From NCBI GenBank assembly GCA_964291285.2, contig OZ219788.1, positions 192,001 through 256,000 of the forward strand: DNA of 64,000 nucleotides, given 5' to 3'. A program made the position numbers and the translations under genes. The stretch is from Alphaproteobacteria bacterium (GTDB taxonomy: Bacteria > Pseudomonadota > Alphaproteobacteria > Bin95). The notes beneath the pieces are model-generated. The model was not told the DNA's origin and searched no databases. It was given only the letters and a program-made list of their open reading frames with translations. Below, one piece after another: positions 9,781-20,028 of this stretch; positions within the stretch are counted from its first letter, which is position 1, and each line of letters starts with the position of its first letter.

Positions 9781-10736
9781 TAGAGGCCGGCGGGGAGCGG
9801 ACGGCCGGCGGCGGCCAGTTTGGCCCTGAGGCGGTCGAGCAGGCCATCGAGTTCGGCGTGGTCCTTCGCGTCCATGCGGGGCCCCGGGTCGCGGGCCCGG
9901 GCCGAGGCGATGGCGCCCCGGCGGCGCAGCACTTCCTTCCGGAGCGCCAGCCCGAAGCCGAATTGGGCTTCGTGCCGCAACACCGGCAGGTAGAGGTCGA
10001 ACAGGTCTTCCGCCTCGTCCGCCCTGCCGTCCTCGAACAGGTGGAACACCTCGACCAGCATGCCCGTGAAGGCGAAGCCGGTCATGATGCCGTCGGCGCC
10101 GCGCGCGAGCTCCTGCGGCACATAGAGGCCGTTATTGCCGGTCAGAATGCTCACCCGCCGCACGCCTTCCGTGTCCGGGGCTTCCCTCAGGCGGGTCAGC
10201 TTGCGGTGGCCGGGGCAGTCCTCATGCTTGAACATCCTGAGCTGCGGGAGCGCCCCGATGAGCCGGTTCACGACCGGAACCGACAGGAACACCGTTGTCG
10301 TCGGCGGGTAGTCCTGGAGGCAGACCGGTATGTCTTCGCCGAGCCGTTCGCCGACCGCCAGGAAATAGCCCTCGACCTGCTCGTCCGTCTTCAGCCCCGG
10401 CATGCCGGCGACCATCACGCCGCCCGCGCCCATGTCCATCGCGCTCTTCGACAGCGCCTCCAGATTGTCCATGCCGGGATTGCTGACCCCGACGATGACC
10501 GGGGCCCGCCCGTCGATCCGTTTCAGCACATGGCGCGTGAACGCGGCCTGCTCCTCCAGCGAGAGCTTCGGCGCTTCGCCCATGACGCCGAGCAGCGTGA
10601 AGCCGTGGACGCCCTCCTCCAGGCAGAACTCGACCAGCCGGTCCGCGCTTTCGAGGTCGAGCGCCCCGTCATCGGCGAACGGCGTCGCCATGATGACGAA
10701 GACGCCCCTGCTCTCCTCCGAAATCAGCCTGGTCAT
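9780..10736 (-). CDS. dihydrodipicolinate synthase (DapA-like) family aldolase
   Basis: GVF....TPF..DG.LD, LGVMGEA, QDYP, catalytic-type K in FKHED. Confidence 0.85.
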   Translation of the reverse strand: MTRLISEESRGVFVIMATPFADDGALDLESADRLVEFCLEEGVHGFTLLGVMGEAPKLSLEEQAAFTRHVLKRIDGRAPVIVGVSNPGMDNLEALSKSAMDMGAGGVMVAGMPGLKTDEQVEGYFLAVGERLGEDIPVCLQDYPPTTTVFLSVPVVNRLIGALPQLRMFKHEDCPGHRKLTRLREAPDTEGVRRVSILTGNNGLYVPQELARGADGIMTGFAFTGMLVEVFHLFEDGRADEAEDLFDLYLPVLRHEAQFGFGLALRKEVLRRRGAIASARARDPGPRMDAKDHAELDGLLDRLRAKLAAAGRPLPAGL

Positions 10737-10776
10737 CGCTCGCCTCCCGGCGTGTCATGCGGACGCTGTATCTTCC

Positions 10777-11571
10777 TCAGCCCCGCTCCCACACGACGGG
10801 GAACCAGTCTTCCGGCAGCGGTTCGCCCGGCTCGGCGCGGAGGCCGAGGTCGGGGAAGGGCGGCGAGACGGCGTGGGGGCGTTCGAGATAGCGGGCGTCC
10901 TCGCCGACATAGCGCAGACTGACGGCGCGGCGGCGCACCGCCGAGCGGTTCGGCGGGGCGTTGTGCAGCGTGTGGAAGTCGAAGGCGACCGCATCGCCCG
11001 GCTCCAGGTCGAAGGCGCGGATATCGGCTGCCTGCGCCGCCTCGTCGATATCGGGGAAAGGTTCGTATTCGCTCGTGTCGCCTTCCAGCGCCGCCATCGT
11101 CTTGAAGCGCCGCGGCAGCCAAGCGGTGCGCGAGCGGTGGCTGCCGGCCAGGAAATGCGGGCAGACCCCGGCCCGGACCGGGTCGAGCGGCACCCAGAAG
11201 CTCACCGTCATCGCCCCTGACATGCAGTAATAGGGCATGTCCTGGTGCCACGGCGTCGGCTGCGAGGTGCCGGGCTCCTTCACCAGCACATGCTCGTGGA
11301 AGAACTGGACACGCTCCGCCCCGGTCAACGCCCCGGCGAGGCGCCCGAGCGGCCCCTCGCGACCGACCTCCAGATAGGCGGGGAAGCGTTGCCAGTTCAC
11401 ATAGTCGCCGAAATAGCTGCCCTGCCCCGGCTCGGCATGGTCGCGCCCGTACGGCCCCGGCGATGCCATGTTGGCGGCCACCGCCCCGGCCAGCCGGTCG
11501 AGCCAGCCGGCGTCGAGCACGCCGCGCAGCGCGACGACGCCCTCCTCGCGAAAGGTCTCCGCTTCCCTCAC
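10777..11571 (-). CDS. phytanoyl-CoA dioxygenase (PhyH) family protein
   Basis: VKEPG...TPWHQD, W.PLD, GSH, LEPGD..FDF.TLH; GTG start overlapping the upstream TGA. Confidence 0.85.
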   Translation of the reverse strand: MREAETFREEGVVALRGVLDAGWLDRLAGAVAANMASPGPYGRDHAEPGQGSYFGDYVNWQRFPAYLEVGREGPLGRLAGALTGAERVQFFHEHVLVKEPGTSQPTPWHQDMPYYCMSGAMTVSFWVPLDPVRAGVCPHFLAGSHRSRTAWLPRRFKTMAALEGDTSEYEPFPDIDEAAQAADIRAFDLEPGDAVAFDFHTLHNAPPNRSAVRRRAVSLRYVGEDARYLERPHAVSPPFPDLGLRAEPGEPLPEDWFPVVWERG

Positions 11572-12275
11572 AGCGTCAGATGCCGGTCGAGCACGTCGCG
11601 GTTCTCCCGCAAATGGTCCGGCGTGCCGGAATAGACGATCTCGCCTTTCTCCATGATATGGCACATGTCGGAAAGCGCCAGCACGAAGCCGAGATTCTGT
11701 TCCGCAAGGACGATGGAAAGGCCGCTTTCCTTGAGCGTCCGCACGCGCTCGCGCAGCGTCTCCACGACGCGCGGCGCAAGGCCCTCCGAAGGCTCGTCGA
11801 GCAGCAGCAGGCGCGGATTGCCCATCAGCGAGCGGGCGATGGTCAGCATCTGCTGCTGGCCGCCGGAAAGCACGCCGCCCGCCCGGGACTGGATGTCCCT
11901 GAGGTCCGGGAAGAGGTCGAACACCTCGTCCTCGCCCCAGGCCTGCCGCCCCGGCTCCGCCGGCCGGCGCGCGATGTCGAGGTTTTCCCAGACCGTGAGC
12001 TCCGGGAAGATGCGCCGGTCCTCCGGCACGAAGCCGATGCCGAGCTTGGCGACCGTGTGCGGGGCGAGCCCGGCGATCTGCCGCCCCTCCCAGACCACCT
12101 CGCCCTCGGACGGCGGCGTGAGCCCGATCAGCGAGCGCATGGTGGTGGTCTTGCCGACGCCGTTGCGCCCGATCAGCGCGATGCAGGAGCCCTGCCCGAC
12201 CTCGAAGGAGACGCCGAACAGCACCCGCGACAGGCCGTAGGAGGTGTGCAGGTTCCTGGCTTCAAGCTGCGCCAT
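11568..12275 (-). CDS. branched-chain amino acid-type ABC transporter ATPase (LivF-like)
   Basis: GRNGVGKTT, LSGGQQQML, LLLDEPSEGL. Confidence 0.9.
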   Translation of the reverse strand: MAQLEARNLHTSYGLSRVLFGVSFEVGQGSCIALIGRNGVGKTTTMRSLIGLTPPSEGEVVWEGRQIAGLAPHTVAKLGIGFVPEDRRIFPELTVWENLDIARRPAEPGRQAWGEDEVFDLFPDLRDIQSRAGGVLSGGQQQMLTIARSLMGNPRLLLLDEPSEGLAPRVVETLRERVRTLKESGLSIVLAEQNLGFVLALSDMCHIMEKGEIVYSGTPDHLRENRDVLDRHLTL

Positions 12276-13017
12276 TCGCCGCCTCTTCCTCGCCGAGATA
12301 GACCTGGCGCACCACCGGGTCGCTGCGCACGGCCTCCGGCGCTCCCGACGCGATGATCTCGCCGTGGTGCAGCACCGTGATCCGGTCGGCGATGCCGAAC
12401 ACGACCGTCATGTCGTGCTCGGTGAACAGCAGTGTGAGCCCCCTCGCGTCGGCGATCTCGCGGATCAGCCGGATCGCCTCCTCGGTCTCGCTCGGCGACA
12501 TGCCGGCGGTCGGCTCGTCGAGCAGCAGCACACGGGGGTTTTCGGCAAGCGCAATGGCCAGCTCCAGCTGCTTCTGCTTGCCGTAGGCGAGTTCGCCGGC
12601 GAGCTCGTCCGCCTCTTCGTCCAGCCCGACCAGTTCCAGCAGCCCGCTCGTCTCCGGCCCGCAAAGGCCGGCGGCGAGCCTGAAGAAGCGGAGCTCCTGG
12701 CGCTCGCGGGCGATCAGCGCGACCTGGACATTCTCGAACACCGACATGCGCGGATAGATGTTGATCCGCTGGAAGGAGCGCGCGAGGCCGAGCTTGACGA
12801 TGCGGTGCGGCGGCCGGCCGGTGATGTCGTCGCCCTGGAAGGCGACAGTGCCCCGGTCCGGCAGCAAATGCCCGGTCACAAGGTTGAAGAATGTCGTCTT
12901 GCCGGCGCCGTTCGGCCCGATGATGGCGTGCTTCTCGCCTTCGATGAGCTCGAAGGAGACGTCGTTTATGGCGACGAACCCGCCGAACTGCTTGAACAGG
13001 CCCTCGATCTTCAGCAT
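12262..13017 (-). CDS. branched-chain amino acid-type ABC transporter ATPase (LivG-like)
   Basis: GPNGAGKTT, LLLDEPTAGM, EHDM, V..VYLG. Confidence 0.9.
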   Translation of the reverse strand: MLKIEGLFKQFGGFVAINDVSFELIEGEKHAIIGPNGAGKTTFFNLVTGHLLPDRGTVAFQGDDITGRPPHRIVKLGLARSFQRINIYPRMSVFENVQVALIARERQELRFFRLAAGLCGPETSGLLELVGLDEEADELAGELAYGKQKQLELAIALAENPRVLLLDEPTAGMSPSETEEAIRLIREIADARGLTLLFTEHDMTVVFGIADRITVLHHGEIIASGAPEAVRSDPVVRQVYLGEEEAANGAA

Positions 13018-13021
13018 GGCC

Positions 13022-13963
13022 TCAGCGCCCCCGCAGGATCTGGCGGCGGACCGCCTGCGCCAGCCCCGCCAGCCCCTCCGGCAGGAACATCAGGATCGCC
13101 AGCAGGATCGTCCCCAGCACGAGCGGCCAGTATTCGGTGTATTCGTTGGTGAGCCGTTCGAGCAGGAACAGGCTGGCCGCGCCGATGGCCGGGCCGAAGA
13201 AGGAGTACATGCCGCCCAGCAGCGTCATGATGAGCACGGTCGCGCTCTCCGGCCAGAACGCCGACTCCGTGTACATGCCCCGATGCACCATGGCGAACAG
13301 CGAGCCCGCAATGCCGGCGAAGGTGCCCGCCACGACGAAGGCCCACCAGCGCATCAGCCGCGTGTTGATGCCGACGAAGCCCGCGCGGACCGGGTTCTCG
13401 CGAACCGCCAGCAGCGCGCGGCCGAAGGCGGAGTGGCAGATGACCCAGAGCACCGCCACCGCCGTGGCGATCACGACCAGCGAGAAATAGTAGAACGGCA
13501 CGCGCTCGGCGATGAAGGCGGGCACGTCCACGCCGACGAAACCGTCGTCGCCGCCGGTCATCGAGCGCCATTTGAAGGCCACGCCCCACACCAGCATCGA
13601 GAAGGCGAGCGTCAGCATGGCGAAGTAGATGTCGGTCAGCCGGGTGCAGAAATAGGCGACCACGGCCGAGCAGGCGAAGGAAAAGGCGACGGCGGCGGCG
13701 AACGCCGGCAGCAGCGGCCACTCGTAGGTGGTGAGCAGGATTGCCATGGTGTAGCCGCCGATGGCGAAATAGGCGGCATGGCCGAAGGAGACATTGCCCG
13801 AATAGCCGATGATGACGTTCAGGCTGAGCGCGAACAGCGCGTAGATCATGATCTCGTTGAAGAGGTCGATCAGGTAGTTCGATTCCAGCAGGGGCACCAG
13901 CGCCAGCAGCACGAGCACTGTGAGGCAGGCGGCCAGCACCGGGCGGGTCATGCGGCCGGTCAT
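13022..13963 (-). CDS. ABC transporter permease (LivM-like)
   Basis: GYSG.VSFGHAAYF, YFAMLTLAF, TGGDDG, hydrophobic. Confidence 0.9.
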   Translation of the reverse strand: MTGRMTRPVLAACLTVLVLLALVPLLESNYLIDLFNEIMIYALFALSLNVIIGYSGNVSFGHAAYFAIGGYTMAILLTTYEWPLLPAFAAAVAFSFACSAVVAYFCTRLTDIYFAMLTLAFSMLVWGVAFKWRSMTGGDDGFVGVDVPAFIAERVPFYYFSLVVIATAVAVLWVICHSAFGRALLAVRENPVRAGFVGINTRLMRWWAFVVAGTFAGIAGSLFAMVHRGMYTESAFWPESATVLIMTLLGGMYSFFGPAIGAASLFLLERLTNEYTEYWPLVLGTILLAILMFLPEGLAGLAQAVRRQILRGR

Positions 13964-13964
13964 G

Positions 13965-14909
13965 TCAGGCGTTGCCTCCCTCGGGCTTGCCGAACAGCCC
14001 CCACGGCCGCACCAGAAGCACCGCCAGCAGGATCAGGAAGGGGAACACGTCCTGCCAGTTGGGCACGATCACCGAGCCGTAGTTGAAGACGAGCCCGTAG
14101 ATGATCGCGCCGATGAAGCTGCCCCAGATCGAGCCGAGGCCGCCGACGATGACGATGACGAAGCAGTCCACGATGATCGTCGCGTCCATGCCGGGCGTCG
14201 GCGAGTTGAAGGGCGCGGCGAGCCCGCCGCCGATGCCGGCCAGCACCGAGCCCAGGATGAAGACGCCGGTGTAGATGATCGGCACATTGACGCCCAGCGC
14301 CGAGAGCATTTCGCGGTCCTGCGTCGCGGCGCGCGTGAGCCGCCCGAAGCGCGTGCGCTCGGTGAACAGCCAGAGCCCGATGGCGATGGCGGGGCCGACC
14401 ACGATCAGGAACAGCCGGTAGGTCGGATAGAAGGTGACGCCCAGATCGACCGCGCCCTTCATGCTCGCCGGATAGGAGACGCTGTACTGGTCCGTCCCCC
14501 AGATGATCTTGGCGACATCGGAGAGGATCAGCACGACGGCGAAGGTCAGGAGCAGCTGCATGAGATGCTCCTTGTCGTAAATGTACTGGAAGAGGCCGCG
14601 CTCGATGACGACCGCCATGACTGCGAGGCCGAGGCCGGCGGCCGCGACGCCCAGCCAGAAATTGCCGGTCCATTCTTGGGCGACGGAATAAACGATATAG
14701 GCGCCGAACATGTAGAACGCGCCATGCGCGAAATTGATGACGCGCAGGACGCCGAAGATCAGCGACAGGCCCGCGGCGATGATGAACAGGTTCATCGCCT
14801 GCGAGAAGGAATTCATCAGCTGGATGAAGGCGAAAGACGGGTTGGACAGCAAAGCCGCCAGCCCCGGATTGCCCAGGTCCTGCTGCGCGAACTGGACGAT
14901 GGAGTCCAC
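13965..14909 (-). CDS. ABC transporter permease (LivH-like)
   Basis: GLSLIFG..RVINFAHG.FYM, VGGLGSIWG. Confidence 0.9.
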   Translation of the reverse strand: MDSIVQFAQQDLGNPGLAALLSNPSFAFIQLMNSFSQAMNLFIIAAGLSLIFGVLRVINFAHGAFYMFGAYIVYSVAQEWTGNFWLGVAAAGLGLAVMAVVIERGLFQYIYDKEHLMQLLLTFAVVLILSDVAKIIWGTDQYSVSYPASMKGAVDLGVTFYPTYRLFLIVVGPAIAIGLWLFTERTRFGRLTRAATQDREMLSALGVNVPIIYTGVFILGSVLAGIGGGLAAPFNSPTPGMDATIIVDCFVIVIVGGLGSIWGSFIGAIIYGLVFNYGSVIVPNWQDVFPFLILLAVLLVRPWGLFGKPEGGNA

Positions 14910-14984
14910 CGGCGGGCTCCGTTCCTGTATCGAAAAAGGGAAAACGCGGCCGGCCGGGAGGCCGGCCGCATTCCTTGCAGGCCG

Positions 14985-16157
14985 CTACTCTTCGATGACC
15001 GCCGGAATGAAGGTCACGGGGTCCATCACGCGGTAGTCCACGCCTTCCTTCTTGACCATCGGGCCCCAGAACTGGCCGGTGTCGGCCTGGTGGGTCTCCG
15101 GGTCGATGGTGCGCGGGCCGACCGGCGTCGAGATGCTCATGCCCTTCAGCGCGCCGGCGAGCGCGTCCGCGTCCATCGAGCCGGCCTTCTCGGCCGCGGC
15201 CGCGATGAATTTCACGCCGATATAGGCGAGCACCGGCCACATCGCGGTTTCCCTGGTGCCGGAGCGCTCCGCCAGCGCCTCCTGGAAGGCGACATGGCTC
15301 GGATCGTGGTGGTGGTACCAGAGCTCGTAGGTGTTCGACCACACATTGTCCGGATAGTCGCCCTTCATCTTGCCGGCGATCTCATGGCTCGCGATCTCGC
15401 CGCCCGAGATGTATTTGATCTGGTTGAAGAGGCCGAACGGGCTGCCCTGCTGGGCGAAGTTGACGAAGTGCGAGCCCCACAGGCCGCTGGTCACGCCGTC
15501 GCAGCCCGCGCCCATGATCTGCGAGATGAAGGCGTTGTAGTCGGTCGCCCCGAGCTTGACCCGCAGGTCGAGCACCTTCTCCGCATCCGGCGCATGGCGC
15601 TTCAGACCCTTCTCGATGCCGGCGGCGAGGTCGTGGCCGTAGGCATAGTCGAGCTGGATGTCGCAGATCTTCTTCAGGCCGAGCTTGGCGACGATCTGGC
15701 CCATCGCATCGCCCTCGAAATCGGTATGCGAGGCGGTGCGGAAGACATGGGCGTGGCGCTTCTCGGTGGTGAGCTTGATCGTCTTCGGGATCGTCGCGAC
15801 ATAGACGACGCCCTCCTGGCGCGCGACCTCGGAGATCGCGAGGCCGACGGCCGAAGAGAGCCCGCCGACCAGCACATTCACACCGTCCTTGGTAATCAGC
15901 TCCTTGGCGGCGGCCGAGGCGGCGGCCGGCTTCAGCTTGGTGTCGCGGGCGAAGCTCACGATCTTCTTGCCGAGGATGCCGCCTGCGGCATTGAGTTCGT
16001 CCACGGCCATATTGTGGCCGTGCATCGCCGGCTCGCCGTAAACGGCTCCCGTTCCGGCTATCGGGTAGAGCACCCCGATCCTGATCTCGTCGGCCTGGAC
16101 GGCGCCCGCGGTCAGGACCGCCGCCGCCGCTGTCGCAACAAGAAGCGAACGTCTCAT
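14985..16157 (-). CDS. ABC transporter substrate-binding protein (Leu/Ile/Val-binding family)
   Basis: Signal peptide MRRSLL..AVQA; IRIG, N.AGGILG, DYAYG; GGAGG RBS. Confidence 0.88.
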   Translation of the reverse strand: MRRSLLVATAAAAVLTAGAVQADEIRIGVLYPIAGTGAVYGEPAMHGHNMAVDELNAAGGILGKKIVSFARDTKLKPAAASAAAKELITKDGVNVLVGGLSSAVGLAISEVARQEGVVYVATIPKTIKLTTEKRHAHVFRTASHTDFEGDAMGQIVAKLGLKKICDIQLDYAYGHDLAAGIEKGLKRHAPDAEKVLDLRVKLGATDYNAFISQIMGAGCDGVTSGLWGSHFVNFAQQGSPFGLFNQIKYISGGEIASHEIAGKMKGDYPDNVWSNTYELWYHHHDPSHVAFQEALAERSGTRETAMWPVLAYIGVKFIAAAAEKAGSMDADALAGALKGMSISTPVGPRTIDPETHQADTGQFWGPMVKKEGVDYRVMDPVTFIPAVIEE

Positions 16158-16310
16158 GGTTTGCAACCTCCCGATGAATAGGCCGGTTTGTCCGGACCCT
16201 GCTTTAGCCTCGGCGACTTTACGCCGGCTCCCGCGAGACAAGCAACTGTCCCGTCTGGGCACGCATCGACGCTCCCGTCCGCCGCCCGCTCATGTTATGA
16301 AGCGGGCCTT

Positions 16311-18080
16311 ATGGCACCCCCCCAGGCTCTTCCCGTTCGCGCATTGATCGGCCGCCTCTGGCGAAGCCATATCCGCGCCAGCGTGCCGGCGCTCCGCCTG
16401 GCCGCGCTGGCGATGGCGCTCAGCGCCGCCGCGCAGGCCGGCTACATCCGCGTGGTGCAGGAGCTGGTGGACGAAGTCCTGGTCGCGGGAAACGAAGCGC
16501 TGATCGTTTTCGTCTCCCTCACGATCTTCGCGCTGGGCCTGGTGCAGGGCTTCTCGGCCTACTTTTCGGCCGTCATTCTCGCCAGGGTCGGCCAGGGCGT
16601 GGTCGCCTCCTTCCAGTCCGCGATGTTCGGCCATCTGGTCCATGCGGACCTGGTGTTTTTCGACAACAGCCGCACCGGCGCCCTGATCTCGCGCTTCACC
16701 AACGATGTGAACCTGATGCGCCAGGCCCTGTCCACGACGCTGCTCACGCTGGGCAGGGACAGCCTCACCATCGTCTTCGTGCTGGGCGTGCTGTTCTACC
16801 AGGACTGGCTGCTTACCCTGATCGTGCTGTTCGTGTTCCCGACGACGCTCATCCTGGTCCTGCGCATCGGCCGGCGCATCCGCCGGATCACGAGCTCCGC
16901 GCAGACGAGCTGGGGCGAGTTCACCGCCACGCTCGAACAGGCCCTCACCGGCATCCGCCACATCAAGGCCTACCGGCTGGAGGACCGCGAGCGCAGGGAA
17001 GCCGACGCCGCCATCGACCGCATCCGCCGCCTGACGGTCAAGACGGTGCGCGTGCAGGCGGTTTCCCGCCCGATCATGGAGTTCCTGGGCGCCGTCGCCA
17101 TTGCTGCCGTCATCTTCTACGGCGGCGGGCAGGTCGCTGCCGGCAACATAACGCCGGGCACCATCGTCGCGTTCCTCACCGCCTTCCTGATCGCCTACCG
17201 GCCGGTCAAGCATCTCGTCAGCGTCAACGCCGCCATCCAGCAGGGACTGGTCGGCGCGCAGCGCTGCTTCGAACTGCTGGACCGGAAGCCCGAGATCGTG
17301 GATGCGCCGGACGCAGCACCCCTTCGCGTCGGCCGGGGCGAGATCGCCTTCGAGGACGTGTCCTTCTCCTATTCGGGAGGACCGGCGGCGCTCTCCGGCC
17401 TCTCGCTCACCTTTCCGGCGGGCCGCACATCCGCCCTGGTCGGGGCTTCCGGGGCCGGCAAGACCACGATCCTCAACCTCATCCCGCGCTTCTACGATGT
17501 CGAAGCAGGCCGGGTCACCATAGACGGGCAGGACCTGCGCGGCGTCACCCTCGCCTCGCTCAGGGACCAGATCGCGCTGGTGAGCCAGGAAGTCTCGCTG
17601 TTCGACGACAGCATTCACGCCAATATCGCCTGCGGACGGCCCGGCGCGGAGGAGGAGGAGGTCGAGGCCGCCGCGCGCAATGCGGGCGCGCATGACTTCG
17701 TCGAGGCCATGCCGGAGGGCTACCGGACGCGGGTCGGCGAGTTCGGCGTGCGCCTCTCGGGCGGCCAGCGCCAGCGCATCGCCATTGCGCGCGCCATGCT
17801 GAAGGACGCGCCGATCCTGCTGCTCGACGAAGCGACCTCCGCGCTCGACACCGAGACCGAACGGCTGGTCCAGGCCGCGCTGGAGCGCCTGAAGCAGGGC
17901 CGCACCACCGTCGTCATCGCGCACCGCCTCTCGACCGTCGCCAATGCCGACGTCATCCATGTCATCGACAAGGGCCGGGTTATCGAGTCCGGCGCCCACG
18001 GCGCGCTTCTGGCGCAGAGCGGCGCCTATGCCCGGCTGCATGCGCTCCAGTTCGCCGAAGCGGGCCGCCGCATTGCCTAG
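16311..18080 (+). CDS. msbA: lipid A export ABC transporter MsbA-like
   Basis: TM domain plus ABC domain (GASGAGKTT, LSGGQRQR, DEATSALD); sits in the waaA/lpxK cluster. Confidence 0.8.
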   Translation: MAPPQALPVRALIGRLWRSHIRASVPALRLAALAMALSAAAQAGYIRVVQELVDEVLVAGNEALIVFVSLTIFALGLVQGFSAYFSAVILARVGQGVVASFQSAMFGHLVHADLVFFDNSRTGALISRFTNDVNLMRQALSTTLLTLGRDSLTIVFVLGVLFYQDWLLTLIVLFVFPTTLILVLRIGRRIRRITSSAQTSWGEFTATLEQALTGIRHIKAYRLEDRERREADAAIDRIRRLTVKTVRVQAVSRPIMEFLGAVAIAAVIFYGGGQVAAGNITPGTIVAFLTAFLIAYRPVKHLVSVNAAIQQGLVGAQRCFELLDRKPEIVDAPDAAPLRVGRGEIAFEDVSFSYSGGPAALSGLSLTFPAGRTSALVGASGAGKTTILNLIPRFYDVEAGRVTIDGQDLRGVTLASLRDQIALVSQEVSLFDDSIHANIACGRPGAEEEEVEAAARNAGAHDFVEAMPEGYRTRVGEFGVRLSGGQRQRIAIARAMLKDAPILLLDEATSALDTETERLVQAALERLKQGRTTVVIAHRLSTVANADVIHVIDKGRVIESGAHGALLAQSGAYARLHALQFAEAGRRIA

Positions 18081-18759
18081 GCGTTTCGGCAGGCGGTTCC
18101 TGCGCCACCCGGCGATGCAGCGCCTCGCAAAGCGGCTGCTGGTCGGCTATGTCCGGCTGGTGGCCGGCACGACGCGCTGGCGCGTCGAAGGGCGCGAGCA
18201 CCTGGAGGCGGCGCTGGAGGAAGACGGCAGCGCCGTGGTCTGCTTCTGGCACGGGCGGCTGATGCTCTTTCCGGTGGACTGGCCCTGGCCCGACCGCACC
18301 CATGTGCTCATTTCCGCGCATCGCGACGGCCAGATCGGCGGCTCCATCGCGGAAGGGTTCGGCCTGCATACCGTCTCCGGCTCGACCGAGCGCGGCGGGG
18401 CGCTGGCGCTGCGCCGGCTGGTCAGGCTGGTGCGCGCGGGCGACATCGTGGCGATCACCCCCGACGGGCCGCGCGGGCCGCGCGGGGTGCCGCATCCGGG
18501 GGCGGCCGCACTCGCCCGGCTCACGCGGGTGCGGATCCTGCCCGTGTCCTGGTCGGTGCGCCGGCGCGTCCTTCTGCGAAGCTGGGACCGGCTGCTGCTG
18601 CCGCTTCCCGTCAATCGCGGCGTCTATCTGTTCGGCGAAGCGCTGCCGGTTTCGGATGACGACGCGCTCCCGCGCCTCAAGGAAGCGCTGGACGGCCTCA
18701 CCGACCGCGCCGACCGGCTTTGCGGGCACGATCCGTTGCCGTCCACGGCGGCCTCATGA
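18073..18759 (+). CDS. DUF374 lysophospholipid acyltransferase family protein
   Basis: FWHGR, ISAHRDG, ITPDGPRGP, SWD..LPLP; start uncertain (TTG 18073 or ATG 18115). Confidence 0.85.
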   Translation: MPRRFGRRFLRHPAMQRLAKRLLVGYVRLVAGTTRWRVEGREHLEAALEEDGSAVVCFWHGRLMLFPVDWPWPDRTHVLISAHRDGQIGGSIAEGFGLHTVSGSTERGGALALRRLVRLVRAGDIVAITPDGPRGPRGVPHPGAAALARLTRVRILPVSWSVRRRVLLRSWDRLLLPLPVNRGVYLFGEALPVSDDDALPRLKEALDGLTDRADRLCGHDPLPSTAAS

Positions 18760-20024
18760 TGCACCTTGCCTACCGGGCGGCGACCGGCCTTCTGGCACCC
18801 GTCCTGCCGGTCTATGTCGCGCACCGGCGGCGGCGCGGCCGGGAAGACCCGGCGCGACTGGGCGAACGGCGCGGCATCGCCAGCGCACCGCGTCCCGACG
18901 GCCCGCTGGTATGGTTCCATGGGGCCAGCATCGGCGAGACCGCTTCCGTCCTTCCGCTGATCGACAGGCTCGTGGCGATGCGCCCGGATGCGGCGGTGCT
19001 CGCGACGTCGGTCACCCGGACCGCAGCCACCCTGTTGGCGCGGCGGCTGCCGCCGGGCGCGACCCACCAGTACTATCCGATGGACAGGACGGCCTGGGTG
19101 CGCCGCTTTCTGAAGCACTGGCGGCCCGACCTCGCGCTCTGGATCGAGTCGGAGCTCTGGCCCAACATGCTCTGCGAACTCCGCGCGCAGAGCGTACCGG
19201 CAGCGCTGTTGAACGCGCGCATGTCGCCGACCTCGTTCCGGCGATGGCGCCGTTTCCCGCGCTTCGCGCGCCGGCTGCTCGGGTCTTTCGAGCTCACGCT
19301 CGCGCAGGATGCGGAGCATGCGGCGCGGTTCCGCATGCTGGGAGCCGATCCTGTCCGCATACCGGGCAACCTGAAATTCGCCGCACCGCCGCTCGGCGCA
19401 GACGAAACCGCGCTCGAAGCCGTGCTGGACGCCGTCGCCGACCGCCCGGTCTGGCTCGCCGCATCCACGCATCCCGGCGAAGAGGCTGCGGTCGCCTACG
19501 CGCATGAGGCGCTGCGGCACAGCCATGCGGGCGTGCTCACCATCCTCGCTCCCCGCCATCCCGAGCGCGGGGACGAGGTCGAAACGCTGCTCTCCGCAAG
19601 GAACGGACTCGCCGTCGCCAGGCGGTCGCGCGGAGAGCTGCCCGGCGCCGCGACCGAGGTCTATCTCGCCGACACGCTGGACGAACTCGGGCTCTTCTAC
19701 CGCGTGGCCGAAGCGGTGTTCGTCGGCGGCTCGCTGGTGGCGCACGGGGGACAGAACCCGCTCGAACCCGCACGGCTCGGCGCGGCCCTGGTGCATGGAC
19801 CGGCCATGTTCAACTTCACCGAGATCGTGGCCGAACTCGCGGCGGCGGGCGGCGCGCGCCAGGTCGCGGACCGGGACGAGCTGGTGGCCGCCATCGGGAT
19901 GCTGCTTTCCGACGGCGAAGCGCGCCGGACGCAGGCGGCCCGCGCGGCGGCGGTGGCCAACGCCCGCGGCGGCGTGCTGGACGAGGTGCTGGGCGCGCTC
20001 TCGCCGCTGCTCGCCCGCATCTGA
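18756..20024 (+). CDS. waaA: 3-deoxy-D-manno-octulosonic acid transferase
   Basis: WFHGASIGE, ESELWPN, GNLK, AASTH.GEE, PRHPER, GGQNPLEPA. Confidence 0.95.
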   Translation: MMHLAYRAATGLLAPVLPVYVAHRRRRGREDPARLGERRGIASAPRPDGPLVWFHGASIGETASVLPLIDRLVAMRPDAAVLATSVTRTAATLLARRLPPGATHQYYPMDRTAWVRRFLKHWRPDLALWIESELWPNMLCELRAQSVPAALLNARMSPTSFRRWRRFPRFARRLLGSFELTLAQDAEHAARFRMLGADPVRIPGNLKFAAPPLGADETALEAVLDAVADRPVWLAASTHPGEEAAVAYAHEALRHSHAGVLTILAPRHPERGDEVETLLSARNGLAVARRSRGELPGAATEVYLADTLDELGLFYRVAEAVFVGGSLVAHGGQNPLEPARLGAALVHGPAMFNFTEIVAELAAAGGARQVADRDELVAAIGMLLSDGEARRTQAARAAAVANARGGVLDEVLGALSPLLARI

Positions 20025-20028
20025 GCCT

